IMG/VR virus record: IMGVR_UViG_3300035696_000029
Location: 1 to 64,000 of that record
Strand: one strand, 5' to 3'
DNA from: a virus
Taxonomy: Duplodnaviria; Caudoviricetes
DNA: 64,000 bases
The notes beneath the pieces are model-generated. The model ran no database searches, was not told the origin of the DNA, and worked only from the letters and a program-made list of their open reading frames with translations. The translations under genes were made by a program, and so were the position numbers. Shown here piece by piece: positions 8,316 through 17,721 of the stretch (positions within the stretch are counted from its first letter, which is position 1; each line of letters opens with the position of its first letter).

Positions 8316-9452
8316 CTAACTTCTTTGCAGTTTGGCTCCTGTTAATTCAGCAAATTCACTAACTCCCACCACACTAGCATCCCGCTCAACAGGTGATTGA
8401 TAACTTCCTGCGGAGTAGCTTTGGACTTGAATCTCTCCTAGATTCCTCAACTCAACAATTAGAAGCGGAATTACATCGGCAGACAAAGTAGACACAGCAG
8501 TCCACTTTAGAAAGATCCGTGTCATTACAGCTACATCAGGAAAATGATTTCGGATAGCAATTTGTTCTTGAGTCTCAGGTCGATAGACACACTTGGCATA
8601 GGTGGCGAACATCGCTTCGATCAATTGCGTAGGAGCTTCGGTTGAAAGAATTTCATCGGCAAATTTTATAGCAGTTTCTTGATCCTTTGCTGCTGTAGAG
8701 GAAAGAATTTTTAAGGCTGCATCTTCCAAGTCGGTATCTAATACATTTAAGACTAGTTCCTTGGTCACGGTTCCTATGGCAGCACAAGTATCCAGAGCCT
8801 TGACCGCTTCCCTCATAATGCCCTTCGATGCCTTTGCAATGACCTTTAGAGCCTCCAATTCGTATTGTATGTGGTTAGCTGTAGCAACATTAGCCAGATA
8901 GCCCAAGATCACATCTGCTGATATACGTCCAAACTTCAATCGGCAGCAACGACTTCGGATTTCCTCAGGGATATTATACCCTTTGTTACTGATAAACATA
9001 AAGATAGCATCGGTATTGGGCTGCTCTAGAGGTTTTAGATAAACCTTCCAAGCTTCGGGCGATAAACAATGAGCTTCGTCTATCATGATAATGCGCCGTT
9101 TCCCTAAAACAGGAAGAGATTCAGTTGTAACTAGAATTTCACGAGCCTCTGCAACTCCAGCTTTACTGGCTCCATCTACCTCTAGAAAATCCGGATGAGC
9201 ATCAATTTTATTCTCAATAATGGTCTTGCAGGAAGGACATTTATCGCAACCTTCAAAATCGTTGCCCTTACACATCAATGCTCGAGCGGCTAAGTACGCT
9301 GTAGTGGTTTTACCGACACCCCGAATACCCTCAAAAATAAATCCGCGCAGGAGGAATTCATCACTGTTTAGGATTGCTTTAAGGACTCTAACGGCGCGAT
9401 CTTGTCCTACAACGGAATTCCAGTGTTGAGGACGTTGAGTAATAAGGGACAT
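8316..9452 (-). CDS. dnaX: DnaX (gamma/tau)-like clamp loader AAA+ subunit
   Basis: RPQxWxxVVGQ, Walker A GIRGVGKTT, C4 zinc module, Walker B MIDEAH, SRC arginine finger; start moved to ATG 9452. Confidence 0.9.
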   Translation of the reverse strand: MSLITQRPQHWNSVVGQDRAVRVLKAILNSDEFLLRGFIFEGIRGVGKTTTAYLAARALMCKGNDFEGCDKCPSCKTIIENKIDAHPDFLEVDGASKAGVAEAREILVTTESLPVLGKRRIIMIDEAHCLSPEAWKVYLKPLEQPNTDAIFMFISNKGYNIPEEIRSRCCRLKFGRISADVILGYLANVATANHIQYELEALKVIAKASKGIMREAVKALDTCAAIGTVTKELVLNVLDTDLEDAALKILSSTAAKDQETAIKFADEILSTEAPTQLIEAMFATYAKCVYRPETQEQIAIRNHFPDVAVMTRIFLKWTAVSTLSADVIPLLIVELRNLGEIQVQSYSAGSYQSPVERDASVVGVSEFAELTGAKLQRS

Positions 9453-9469
9453 GGTTATCAATACTGATT

Positions 9470-9679
9470 CTACACAGAATCTTCGTGAGAACAATCAACT
9501 GTTGCAAATATGTGCGGTGCAAACTGACCCACAAAACCTCTAAGTTCGACCATTCCTTCGGCAGTAACATGCACTACAAGGCAACTAGGACCTTCCGGCA
9601 GATGCCAAAATCGTACATACTTTCCTAACAATGAGCGACCCAGAGCTATCTGTTCTTGCAATTCTTGTTCTCGATTCAT
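9470..9679 (-). CDS. hypothetical protein (69 aa)
   Basis: TAATG coupling to upstream gene. Confidence 0.55.
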   Translation of the reverse strand: MNREQELQEQIALGRSLLGKYVRFWHLPEGPSCLVVHVTAEGMVELRGFVGQFAPHIFATVDCSHEDSV

Positions 9680-10155
9680 TACACAACTCTGATAAGAACA
9701 TTATTTGGTCCAAGCATATACTTCTCTCCGCTCTCAGTTGTGTAGACACCATCGTTTTTCATTGTGAGAAAAGTCTTTAGACCACCCCGAAGAATAGGGT
9801 AATTGGTAGAGGAAATTCCAGCAATCTCTTCCATGTCCGTAGGTTCGCCGTAAACTTGCAGTGCTGTAACGAATAAAGAAGCTGCTTTCAACAATCTGAT
9901 ACGAACGGCTCGTTGATCGGGAGTGAAATTGGCATAACACTCTTTAGCTTCGTCGATGTACTTTTGAGCAAATACAATCCAATCCATAAGACTAAATGGA
10001 TTACCTGTGGTACGACTGACCGTGTGATCAGGAAAATCAGGATTGGTGGCCTCTTTATCCTTAGACCATTGTGCAGCATAGTTATCTTCTCGAGTAAGCA
10101 TCTCATAAATCGATGTGCGAGAGAGGAACCTACTGCTATCTTTTGTGTACGACAT
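9679..10155 (-). CDS. possible MazG-like all-alpha NTP pyrophosphatase
   Basis: Helical pattern RExxY..W...DW..Y.DEA...RLLKAASL resembles that superfamily; no search run. Confidence 0.4.
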   Translation of the reverse strand: MSYTKDSSRFLSRTSIYEMLTREDNYAAQWSKDKEATNPDFPDHTVSRTTGNPFSLMDWIVFAQKYIDEAKECYANFTPDQRAVRIRLLKAASLFVTALQVYGEPTDMEEIAGISSTNYPILRGGLKTFLTMKNDGVYTTESGEKYMLGPNNVLIRVV

Positions 10156-10170
10156 ATTATTACTCCTTAA

Positions 10171-10524
10171 TTACAATGCAGTTTTCCGTTCATTCTTATT
10201 TCCTTGAACTGCAACTGCTTCTGCTATCCAGCCGTAGGCTTGTAATCTTAATAACTGTTTAGCTGTCTCGGTAGGCGTGAAAATCGCCGCTTGCGATTTT
10301 GCTTTATCGTCGTCTCCAACGATTTTTATTGCTTTGATGTCGTTACTCAAAGGCTTTAATTCGCGTAAGAACATCTTTACTTTTTCACTTGGACTAGTCA
10401 AAAGAATAACAAATTGTTCTCCAGGAGGTAAAGTCTTTTTGATTTCTTCTATCTCATCCCGCCGTGCTACATCTAAGGGAAGACGCAAGCTTACTTGAAC
10501 CATGTTGTCTTCAATCAATGGCAT
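10171..10524 (-). CDS. hypothetical protein (117 aa)
   Basis: AAGGAG RBS. Confidence 0.65.
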   Translation of the reverse strand: MPLIEDNMVQVSLRLPLDVARRDEIEEIKKTLPPGEQFVILLTSPSEKVKMFLRELKPLSNDIKAIKIVGDDDKAKSQAAIFTPTETAKQLLRLQAYGWIAEAVAVQGNKNERKTAL

Positions 10525-10533
10525 GAATACTCC

Positions 10534-10995
10534 TTAATGAATCGCTTCGGGACCAAACATTGAGCGTTGCATAGCACGAGCCTTGAGCACCATGCTAAAC
10601 TTATGCAAAGCATCTACTGTCATATCACTCAAGGTATCTTGCATCTCTCCCAGTTGACGAACATCTTGCCAGATTACATCTGCCAAATCATCTCCCGCAT
10701 GCAAGTTACCGTCAACAAATTCAGCATCCACATAAATCACAATGTGATGATGATCGGGCGGTTGAACTAGTTCGCTAACAAACAACACAGCACCCGGCTT
10801 CACAGTAACCCCGGTCTCCTCTTTGAGTTCGCGAATAACTGTATCACTGATACTCTCAAAGGGCTGTACTCCGCCACCGGGCAGTACCCACTTGTTTTCA
10901 ATAGGAGATTTTTTGCTGCGACCTAATAGAATCTGTGAGCCACGCATTACAATAGCGGCTACGCCAACACGAGGGAAAACTTTCTCGCTACTCAT
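10534..10995 (-). CDS. Nudix hydrolase
   Basis: Nudix box GGGVQPFESISDTVIRELKEETG (Gx5Ex7REUxEExG). Confidence 0.92.
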   Translation of the reverse strand: MSSEKVFPRVGVAAIVMRGSQILLGRSKKSPIENKWVLPGGGVQPFESISDTVIRELKEETGVTVKPGAVLFVSELVQPPDHHHIVIYVDAEFVDGNLHAGDDLADVIWQDVRQLGEMQDTLSDMTVDALHKFSMVLKARAMQRSMFGPEAIH

Positions 10996-12349
10996 TAGTC
11001 TTTTGTCCTTGTCCTGGATCTACTGTGACTTCTGTAGTCTCCGTTTCAAATCCATATTGTTTGAGACCGTACTTGCCTGTAGCAGCGCCATTTACATAGA
11101 GTGTGTCAGCCACATTGCTACTGAAAGATTCAACCGCCGCACGCATGCCCAGTAGCCACTGGTACCAATAATCTTGAATAGAGAATTCTCCAGAGCGTGC
11201 TTTTAGTAGCTGTTTGATTTCCTTTTTGTATTGAGGTAGATCAAAGCCACGGAGCATTGCTGCCCCGGCATCGACTAGGTTGATATTATCGTTGATGTCC
11301 AAGGTGAACAAATCGGTGCGAACGAAGAGTTCTTCACCCTTCCGATTAAATCGACTGGTCAATTCTTGGAAGGTAACAGCAGCAGCTGTAATCTCATAGG
11401 TATCAGGTGCCATGCCTAAAAGGGCAGTCATAATGGTGGGTTCTGATACAGCAACAGCATCACCATGTTTATACAACTTAAGTCGCGCAGGAGTAGTCAA
11501 CCCGGCCCATTGTGCAGTTTCCAATTCAGTCATAGCAAAATAATTGGAAACGATATCTTCCAACATTTTGTCTGCTAATTTTTCAACTTCCTTATCTTCA
11601 AAGCGACAACGTTCTTCCATGCGCTTTATGAATTCTGCAGCGTAACGGGTTTCTTTACACACTTTGTTTAAGAAATCTCGAGGCCAAGTAGGAGGACCGA
11701 AATCCCACATAAGACTGAGCACTACAGCACCCATGTCTTCCAGCAAACTCGTTACCAGACCGATTTCTTCTACATTGCTAGAGGCAATAAAGATTCTGCC
11801 CGATTGGAAATCAACAATAACTGGAAATTGTTTACGAACAGGAACGGTCGTGGCTAGAACAGTTGCCTCAACCATTTGTTTCTCTTCTTTCTTTGCAAAA
11901 CGGAACGGACAAGTCAATTGGTCATAAGAGACCTGTTCCTTTTTGCTAGCAACATCGGTTACATCATCGAAATCGTTCAATACTACCCAAAAGCCATAGA
12001 CATTCCCTGCAGGATTTTCATTCAGAAGATACAGATTTTCTGTTGAACCGTAGTGAACAGCATAATCTTCCGGTTGAATTTCCGCATCTGCTTGAAGTGA
12101 TGGTTCTAATTCTAGAAAGTCATGAATACTTTCACGTTCCAAGGAATCTTCAGGCAATGTTTCGTCCATGCGTGGATGAGCGAAAGGATTAATACCCAGG
12201 GAGAGTTTCTTTTCATATCGTGTTCGTACACCAGCGACTAGCTGAGATAGATAGAAAAGTTGTTTTGGATCTCGTATAATTTGTTGGAACGCTTCTTGAA
12301 ACTTGGGTTCTATACCCATGATAGCCCATTGTCCACGACCAAATAGCAT
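10988..12349 (-). CDS. conserved-looking hypothetical protein (453 aa), weakly RdgC-like
   Basis: Segment VIVDFQSGRIFIASSNVEEIGLVTSLLEDMG recalls RdgC; GAGG RBS. Confidence 0.35.
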   Translation of the reverse strand: MLFGRGQWAIMGIEPKFQEAFQQIIRDPKQLFYLSQLVAGVRTRYEKKLSLGINPFAHPRMDETLPEDSLERESIHDFLELEPSLQADAEIQPEDYAVHYGSTENLYLLNENPAGNVYGFWVVLNDFDDVTDVASKKEQVSYDQLTCPFRFAKKEEKQMVEATVLATTVPVRKQFPVIVDFQSGRIFIASSNVEEIGLVTSLLEDMGAVVLSLMWDFGPPTWPRDFLNKVCKETRYAAEFIKRMEERCRFEDKEVEKLADKMLEDIVSNYFAMTELETAQWAGLTTPARLKLYKHGDAVAVSEPTIMTALLGMAPDTYEITAAAVTFQELTSRFNRKGEELFVRTDLFTLDINDNINLVDAGAAMLRGFDLPQYKKEIKQLLKARSGEFSIQDYWYQWLLGMRAAVESFSSNVADTLYVNGAATGKYGLKQYGFETETTEVTVDPGQGQKTNE

Positions 12350-12383
12350 ATGTTTTCCTCACTGAACTGCGTTGTCTAATACC

Positions 12384-13559
12384 TTATCGGCTTGATCTTT
12401 CAAGATAAGCATTACTTACAATTTTCAGTATCACACGTCCCACTCGACGATGATAACGCTCTTTGATAGGACGAATCACAATACCTTCTCGTGCATTACT
12501 AGCGCCGGGTATTAGAGATGGTCCCTCAGCTAGTTTAACCAATTCAGCAAAATTGTAAGGCATAATACCCAAGCAGGGCACACGTTGCTCAGGAGAAAGA
12601 AAAGTCATAAATGCTTCAGCATCTAGCCAACTGGAACCTTTTAGAATGTCAAATGCACGATAGAAAAGTGTACCGGGAATCTTTGCTCCATAACGATCCT
12701 TCTGTACCCATCCAAAAATTTCACCATAGAGCAACGCATCCTGATTATTGTAACACCACTCGGAAATCCAAGGATTCTGTTCCAATACACGCCACCAATT
12801 AGAGCCGCCCTCTTTTAATTTCCATTCTTCATGTGAACCAGCGTACAGAGTAACATCAATGCAACTCCTAACCAACCCTGCCGGACTTGTCTCTGTGTAA
12901 GGAGAATTTCCGTTATCCGTAGCTACATGACGAGAATTCTGACCATTGATTTTCTCAGTTACATAAACTAATTCACCCGGCTCAAAACACTCAGCAGCAT
13001 AACGATAGGCGGATTTCACATCATACGTTGGAGCCATTAGGACCGGAGGAGCAGGTCCTACGTCAGAACCTTTATGACGATTAGAAATCGTTGGTTCGGG
13101 TTCCGGTGGTGGCTCGTAATGAGTAATACCCATTTGCTCGGCAACATCGTCACCAATTTCTGCACCCGCAGGAGCAGGGAGCAACATACCCATAGACCAA
13201 ATACCTCGCAAACGACGAGCCGTTACACGCAAGTATTTTGTATTACCATCGACTTTCTTTTCAACCTCAGCCAACATCGCATTGTACTGATCTTGAGTAA
13301 TGCTTCCAGCATTGAATTGAGTTAACAGATCTTCACGCTCTTTGCGGCAGCCTTGAGTATCCTTGAGGAATCGGTATCCGGGCAGATCAGGCATTATGCT
13401 ATCAGGTTGAACATAAACAGCCTTGTCAATTCCGATCCAATCTTCTGTACGAACGACACAAGTGAAGTTCCAAACATTGACTACGGACAAAGAATCTGCA
13501 TCAGGATGTTTTTCTAGAACAATCGGGACGACTTCAGCGCGATGTGTGTCTGTTGCCAT
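12384..13559 (-). CDS. RNA ligase (Rnl2/DRB0094-like) with N-terminal OB-like domain
   Basis: Motif I TEKINGQN, GEIFG, REGIVIRP, KIVSNAYL; N-terminal EKHPDADSL. Confidence 0.88.
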   Translation of the reverse strand: MATDTHRAEVVPIVLEKHPDADSLSVVNVWNFTCVVRTEDWIGIDKAVYVQPDSIMPDLPGYRFLKDTQGCRKEREDLLTQFNAGSITQDQYNAMLAEVEKKVDGNTKYLRVTARRLRGIWSMGMLLPAPAGAEIGDDVAEQMGITHYEPPPEPEPTISNRHKGSDVGPAPPVLMAPTYDVKSAYRYAAECFEPGELVYVTEKINGQNSRHVATDNGNSPYTETSPAGLVRSCIDVTLYAGSHEEWKLKEGGSNWWRVLEQNPWISEWCYNNQDALLYGEIFGWVQKDRYGAKIPGTLFYRAFDILKGSSWLDAEAFMTFLSPEQRVPCLGIMPYNFAELVKLAEGPSLIPGASNAREGIVIRPIKERYHRRVGRVILKIVSNAYLERSSR

Positions 13560-13561
13560 AG

Positions 13562-13717
13562 TTACACGTCAAAATGATTGATGTCTATTAAAATGCCATC
13601 TTTGATGGAAGCCAAGAGTGGCTTAAGTTGTTTTGGTGTCAGCAATGTAATACCAATGATCAAACAAATTGCTGCGAAGCAACGAAAAGGTATTCCGATA
13701 GCTTGTAATACTGTCAT
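13562..13717 (-). CDS. small membrane protein (51 aa)
   Basis: ATG 13717 just after the Ada-domain stop; hydrophobic core. Confidence 0.45.
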   Translation of the reverse strand: MTVLQAIGIPFRCFAAICLIIGITLLTPKQLKPLLASIKDGILIDINHFDV

Positions 13718-13727
13718 AATCACTCTA

Positions 13728-13979
13728 TTACTGGGATTTCCAGATCTTGTATTTTTCTGGTAGACATCGAGCACAAGGACGATATCCAGCTGCCAGGGCA
13801 TGTTCCTCGTTCAAGAAGAAGACTCTATTTTGCGCGTATTTACCTTGAGCAATAAAACGAAGAGCACTAGGACAATCTAATCTCCCATAGATCTTCAGTT
13901 TCTTATGTCCACCCAAGGTTCCTTTCACTGAGGAAGAATAAGATTTTCCATCCGGTCCGATTAATGTGTAGGTTTCCAA
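13728..13979 (-). CDS. stand-alone Ada-type metal-binding domain protein
   Basis: IYGRLDCPS...NRVFF...ALAAGYRPCARCLP. Confidence 0.85.
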   Translation of the reverse strand: METYTLIGPDGKSYSSSVKGTLGGHKKLKIYGRLDCPSALRFIAQGKYAQNRVFFLNEEHALAAGYRPCARCLPEKYKIWKSQ

Positions 13980-14227
13980 TTCTTTACACTCAAAATTTTC
14001 TGAATATGCAATTCGTACAATTGACCTCGAACAACTTTGTTAATCAGAACAATAGCTTCGGGAGCCTTTAAACTCATTCCATTGATCAAACGAAGCTCAA
14101 AAGGAACCGGAATTCCTTCTAACCGCTTAGTCCAATAAGGTTTGATTTCTCTGTATTCAACATGTTTCTTTAGAGTAACAATCTGATCCAACCAACAGCG
14201 TTTAATGGTTGTAGTTATGCGTTTCAC
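13961..14227 (-). CDS. ASCH-domain protein
   Basis: IKxxWLDQIVxxKKxVEYRxxKPYWxKRL is the ASCH signature. Confidence 0.8.
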   Translation of the reverse strand: MKRITTTIKRCWLDQIVTLKKHVEYREIKPYWTKRLEGIPVPFELRLINGMSLKAPEAIVLINKVVRGQLYELHIQKILSVKNWKPTH

Positions 14228-14985
14228 AGATCGTCACCCTTGAGTAACTCTCTCAACCGCTTGGCACCTTGCGTGCTCTGTAATGCAGATGCGGGATCGT
14301 TTCCGCCTTCTAACAATTGAATAAACACTTGCATAGACTTGATTTTGTTCTTCAATATGCGCATGCTCAGATTCCCGCCACCAATGTCATACTGCTCTTT
14401 ATTAGGGCGCTCATTGTCGAACATGAGAATCAATGTTTCAACCCCAAGGATTCGCAAGTAAGCCTCGTGCTTGTCCGAAAGACTTTTACTGAGCGGACTC
14501 ATTATCGGCATGTCGGGCGCAACTAAACGACAAGCTAACAAATCAAACGGACCTTCTACTAGGATTACCATTCGTTGCTCAAGGATGCGCCGCAGAGTTG
14601 CAACATCGTTACCTAACCAGTTTGGCTCAAAGAGCTTCTCGCCTATCCAATGATATTTCCCTTGCCCAAACAGTACGGAACCTTCACAAGGACGAGTCTG
14701 TGCTCGCATATAATTGCCGTCTAGATCCTGAATAGGGAAGACAAACAGCGGTCCTGGCTCGTAAGTTTTAGGTACATAGAAAATGTTTAAGTCGGAGAGA
14801 ACAGAAGAGAAATTCTTTTGAATGAAAGGTAACGCAGGTTTCCAATTACGAGAGTCTACAATTTTTTGAGTGGTAACAGAGAGTTTATCAGCGTTGGGAT
14901 TTTTGACAACATTCTTGGCATAAAATTCATCGGTCTTACGAATTAGCTCGGGAACAGAGTTCCACCATTGATCGGCAAAGTACAT
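14224..14985 (-). CDS. DnaG-type primase catalytic (TOPRIM) domain lacking the zinc-binding domain
   Basis: ILVEGPFDLL and LMFDN motifs; upstream FPIQDLDG...QTR core; no N-terminal CHC2. Confidence 0.8.
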   Translation of the reverse strand: MYFADQWWNSVPELIRKTDEFYAKNVVKNPNADKLSVTTQKIVDSRNWKPALPFIQKNFSSVLSDLNIFYVPKTYEPGPLFVFPIQDLDGNYMRAQTRPCEGSVLFGQGKYHWIGEKLFEPNWLGNDVATLRRILEQRMVILVEGPFDLLACRLVAPDMPIMSPLSKSLSDKHEAYLRILGVETLILMFDNERPNKEQYDIGGGNLSMRILKNKIKSMQVFIQLLEGGNDPASALQSTQGAKRLRELLKGDDL

Positions 14986-15171
14986 TTATTTCCAACTGTA
15001 ATTCCGAGGAATTGCTCCTTGACTTTTCAGTATAGAAACCAGGTTAACTCGGAGACCTTTAGGAGCGTAGGGAAGAACAACGCCCAATGTTGTATAAAGC
15101 AATTCTACTTGAAGTTTCAAGGTGCACTTTTTATTTGTAAAGCTATTGCGATATCGTTTTACCTTACTCAT
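14986..15171 (-). CDS. hypothetical protein (61 aa)
   Basis: Coupled both sides. Confidence 0.5.
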   Translation of the reverse strand: MSKVKRYRNSFTNKKCTLKLQVELLYTTLGVVLPYAPKGLRVNLVSILKSQGAIPRNYSWK

Positions 15172-15638
15172 GATTTTTCTTCTTTAGATGGAATACTGGT
15201 CTTTGGCACTTCAAGAGGCAAATCGGGAGAACTGTGAATAACCCGATGAGGAAGTTCAACTTTTATTTCTCGTTTTTCAACCTTCTCTAAAACTTTTTCA
15301 TCCACCTTCTCATCAACTGGAACACCTAGAACCCACATGAAGAAAACCACATCACGATAGTCGCGCAGTAGGATTTGCGGATTTCGTAATTCTTCACGAA
15401 ACTGAGCGAAGACTTCTTCTTTGGTATAGATGGGAACAAACTTCCGTGTATCAATGCAACGATCAGGATTCGTAGAGCCGCATCCTTCGCATCCTAAAAC
15501 CTTATGACCAGCGCCAATTTCGGCCATTTTGCAATTGTAAGGACACGGACGCAAGTTACGTTGCAAATAACGTCGTCTATGACGATGAATAACTTCTCTG
15601 AATTTTACCAGAATCTCTTCAAGCGATCTCAACTTCAT
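15168..15638 (-). CDS. hypothetical Cys-rich protein (156 aa)
   Basis: CPYNC, CEGC, C. Confidence 0.6.
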   Translation of the reverse strand: MKLRSLEEILVKFREVIHRHRRRYLQRNLRPCPYNCKMAEIGAGHKVLGCEGCGSTNPDRCIDTRKFVPIYTKEEVFAQFREELRNPQILLRDYRDVVFFMWVLGVPVDEKVDEKVLEKVEKREIKVELPHRVIHSSPDLPLEVPKTSIPSKEEKS

Positions 15639-16305
15639 GGGTTGCTTTTAGATCCTCAAGTTCTTGTCCTTCTAATCTACGAAGAACGGGAGGTTGCCCC
15701 TTAACGGCTGATACTCGATAAACAGCATCGGCTTGCCGTATCAAACGAGGTTGATGGGTTATAGCAAAAATGGTGAATTTGAATTTTTGGCACATTTCGT
15801 GCAGCAACTCACTCACACGCGGCTGATAATCAGGTGACACATTATTGAAGCTCTCGTCAAGAACAATGAATTGAGCTAACTTGAAGCGTTTTATGAGGAT
15901 AACACGGAGCAGGAAAGCAACAATGTTAACCACTCCCCCACCCCGAGTGCTCATCGGCTCTCCTGTAATCTCTCCTTGACGAACTAAGAGACGATAGGTG
16001 TTACCGCGAGCACCTTCTTTTTTCTCTACTAGAAGACCCATTTGCGGATCTTTGAAGACCAGCTGAAGACCAGCTGTTACAATGGATTCTATTTTTCCTA
16101 TGCCGTTGGCACTGATGATTTGTATCGCGCGATCAATAAGTCCAACGGCCTTAACCAATTGTATCTTATCAGCTTCAAGCTGGGAAATTTTAGCTTTAAG
16201 ACGAGTGATACCTGTAGCTTCAGCATCAAGTTGGTGATCAAGCCGCCCAACAAAATGAGTGTAACTACCAACACGCTGGGTGAGTGAGTCATCCATACCT
16301 ACCAA
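15619..16305 (-). CDS. C-terminal half of an SbcC/Rad50-like ABC ATPase
   Basis: Signature-like RGGG, Walker B IVLDESF, D-loop, H-loop ITHQ; coiled coil N-terminally; no Walker A. Confidence 0.85.
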   Translation of the reverse strand: MVGMDDSLTQRVGSYTHFVGRLDHQLDAEATGITRLKAKISQLEADKIQLVKAVGLIDRAIQIISANGIGKIESIVTAGLQLVFKDPQMGLLVEKKEGARGNTYRLLVRQGEITGEPMSTRGGGVVNIVAFLLRVILIKRFKLAQFIVLDESFNNVSPDYQPRVSELLHEMCQKFKFTIFAITHQPRLIRQADAVYRVSAVKGQPPVLRRLEGQELEDLKATHEVEIA

Positions 16306-16323
16306 TTCTCCAATGATCAGAGT

Positions 16324-16674
16324 TTAGTAGTAAAAGATGTCGTAAGCGTTCTGTGTGCTAACCGAAGGAACGATCGCAAAAATTGTGCGACCTGCATTCT
16401 CAAGAGCTTGCAACTGTTCTTGAGCCTTGTAACGCTCAATAGTTGCATAGCCCCAAGTCTTCCTGGAAATAGGAGCCTGAACAGCAGGAACTGCTGCCTT
16501 TGGCTTTGGACCCGGCTTCACACCAGGCGTCTTCTTTGCCTTGGCAGCTACGGCAGCAACCTTAGCGGCTACAGGAGCCGAAAGTTTAGCAGTCACTTCT
16601 GAGGTTCCAGCACCCGGACCTGCATCATCAAATTGAATTCCAGCGGGATTGGTTTCATCTACAACTGTGGCCAT
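16324..16674 (-). CDS. small protein with A/K/P-rich region
   Basis: KKTPGVKPGPKPK; AGGAGG RBS. Confidence 0.65.
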   Translation of the reverse strand: MATVVDETNPAGIQFDDAGPGAGTSEVTAKLSAPVAAKVAAVAAKAKKTPGVKPGPKPKAAVPAVQAPISRKTWGYATIERYKAQEQLQALENAGRTIFAIVPSVSTQNAYDIFYY

Positions 16675-16685
16675 GAGGCCTCCTT

Positions 16686-17702
16686 TTACACCGTTCTAAA
16701 ACTAATCTCAAACTGACCACGACGGAATCGTTTGGTCGGGTTAGAGAAACTTGGTACATCGAATAATACTACCTCTTCGTCGTCTTTCACTTGAATTAAT
16801 GCGTCGGCAATAGTTTTTACTGTTCTACCAAATGTAGCAAATCGCGACCATCCTTCTACACCGCCCAATGAGAATTTGCTCACACTACCGAATCGGTCAT
16901 GAGTAACAATGCCTTCTTTGGGTACGATTTCAATCCTATCTTGTTCTTCACATAATCCTGCGGCTGCTCCCAATGCATAGACAAGTCGTTGAGCAGGGAA
17001 TCGAGCCAATTCTACACCAGGAACATTGTAAACATTAAACAATTCTCGACCAATAAGATGGCCGTGACTCATTATGTTCATGCCTTGAATTCGCACTCCC
17101 CAATAGCCTTTATCAGTTAAGATTAAATCATCCACTTGGGGATTGCCCGAGACTAGTTTCATGAATGATTCTCGAGGCCAGAAAGGAACTTTCTTCAAGG
17201 TCTCAGGACCATCCCACATAATCGCTCCATATTTAGTGATAATGAGTAGACGTCCTTCGGACAATATAGGTGGAGCGGCTGCAACAAATGGACTAGTGTC
17301 GCAGCCTAAAAATGTTGTGGAATCCAACCGGGTTGTAACTATTCCCAGATCGTGGGATTTCAAACCTGCTTGAGTAACGGGTACTGTGTGGACACGAATT
17401 TCGCTATCAAATGAGTTGTCTGTAGAAGTGATCTTCAAGATTCCGTTAGGATCAAGGCTCAGTTCCACTTTTTCTTCAGCTAAAACTCTTAGACAATCTT
17501 GAAAGTGAGACAAAGATACATATGTGTTGCCCGATTTTTGCAAATTGAAATCTGAGGATTGAATTTGACCAAAACTGCTAGAACGATAGAAACGAGGAAA
17601 GTCGTCTTCTACCAGTTGTACAGCTATATAAGGCGAAGCGTTGGTGTCGAAGTTTACCAAACTGCGCAGAAGTTTTAGCAAATCATTTTTATCCAGCAAC
17701 AT
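16686..17702 (-). CDS. probable DNA sliding clamp (beta-clamp-like)
   Basis: 338 aa; N-terminal pattern (KNDLLKLL...GNTYVSLSHFQDCLRVLAEEKVELSL...GILKI) mirrors DnaN domain 1; DnaX-like loader in same block. Confidence 0.55.
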   Translation of the reverse strand: MLLDKNDLLKLLRSLVNFDTNASPYIAVQLVEDDFPRFYRSSSFGQIQSSDFNLQKSGNTYVSLSHFQDCLRVLAEEKVELSLDPNGILKITSTDNSFDSEIRVHTVPVTQAGLKSHDLGIVTTRLDSTTFLGCDTSPFVAAAPPILSEGRLLIITKYGAIMWDGPETLKKVPFWPRESFMKLVSGNPQVDDLILTDKGYWGVRIQGMNIMSHGHLIGRELFNVYNVPGVELARFPAQRLVYALGAAAGLCEEQDRIEIVPKEGIVTHDRFGSVSKFSLGGVEGWSRFATFGRTVKTIADALIQVKDDEEVVLFDVPSFSNPTKRFRRGQFEISFRTV

Positions 17703-17721
17703 ATTGAATCAATACTACAAT

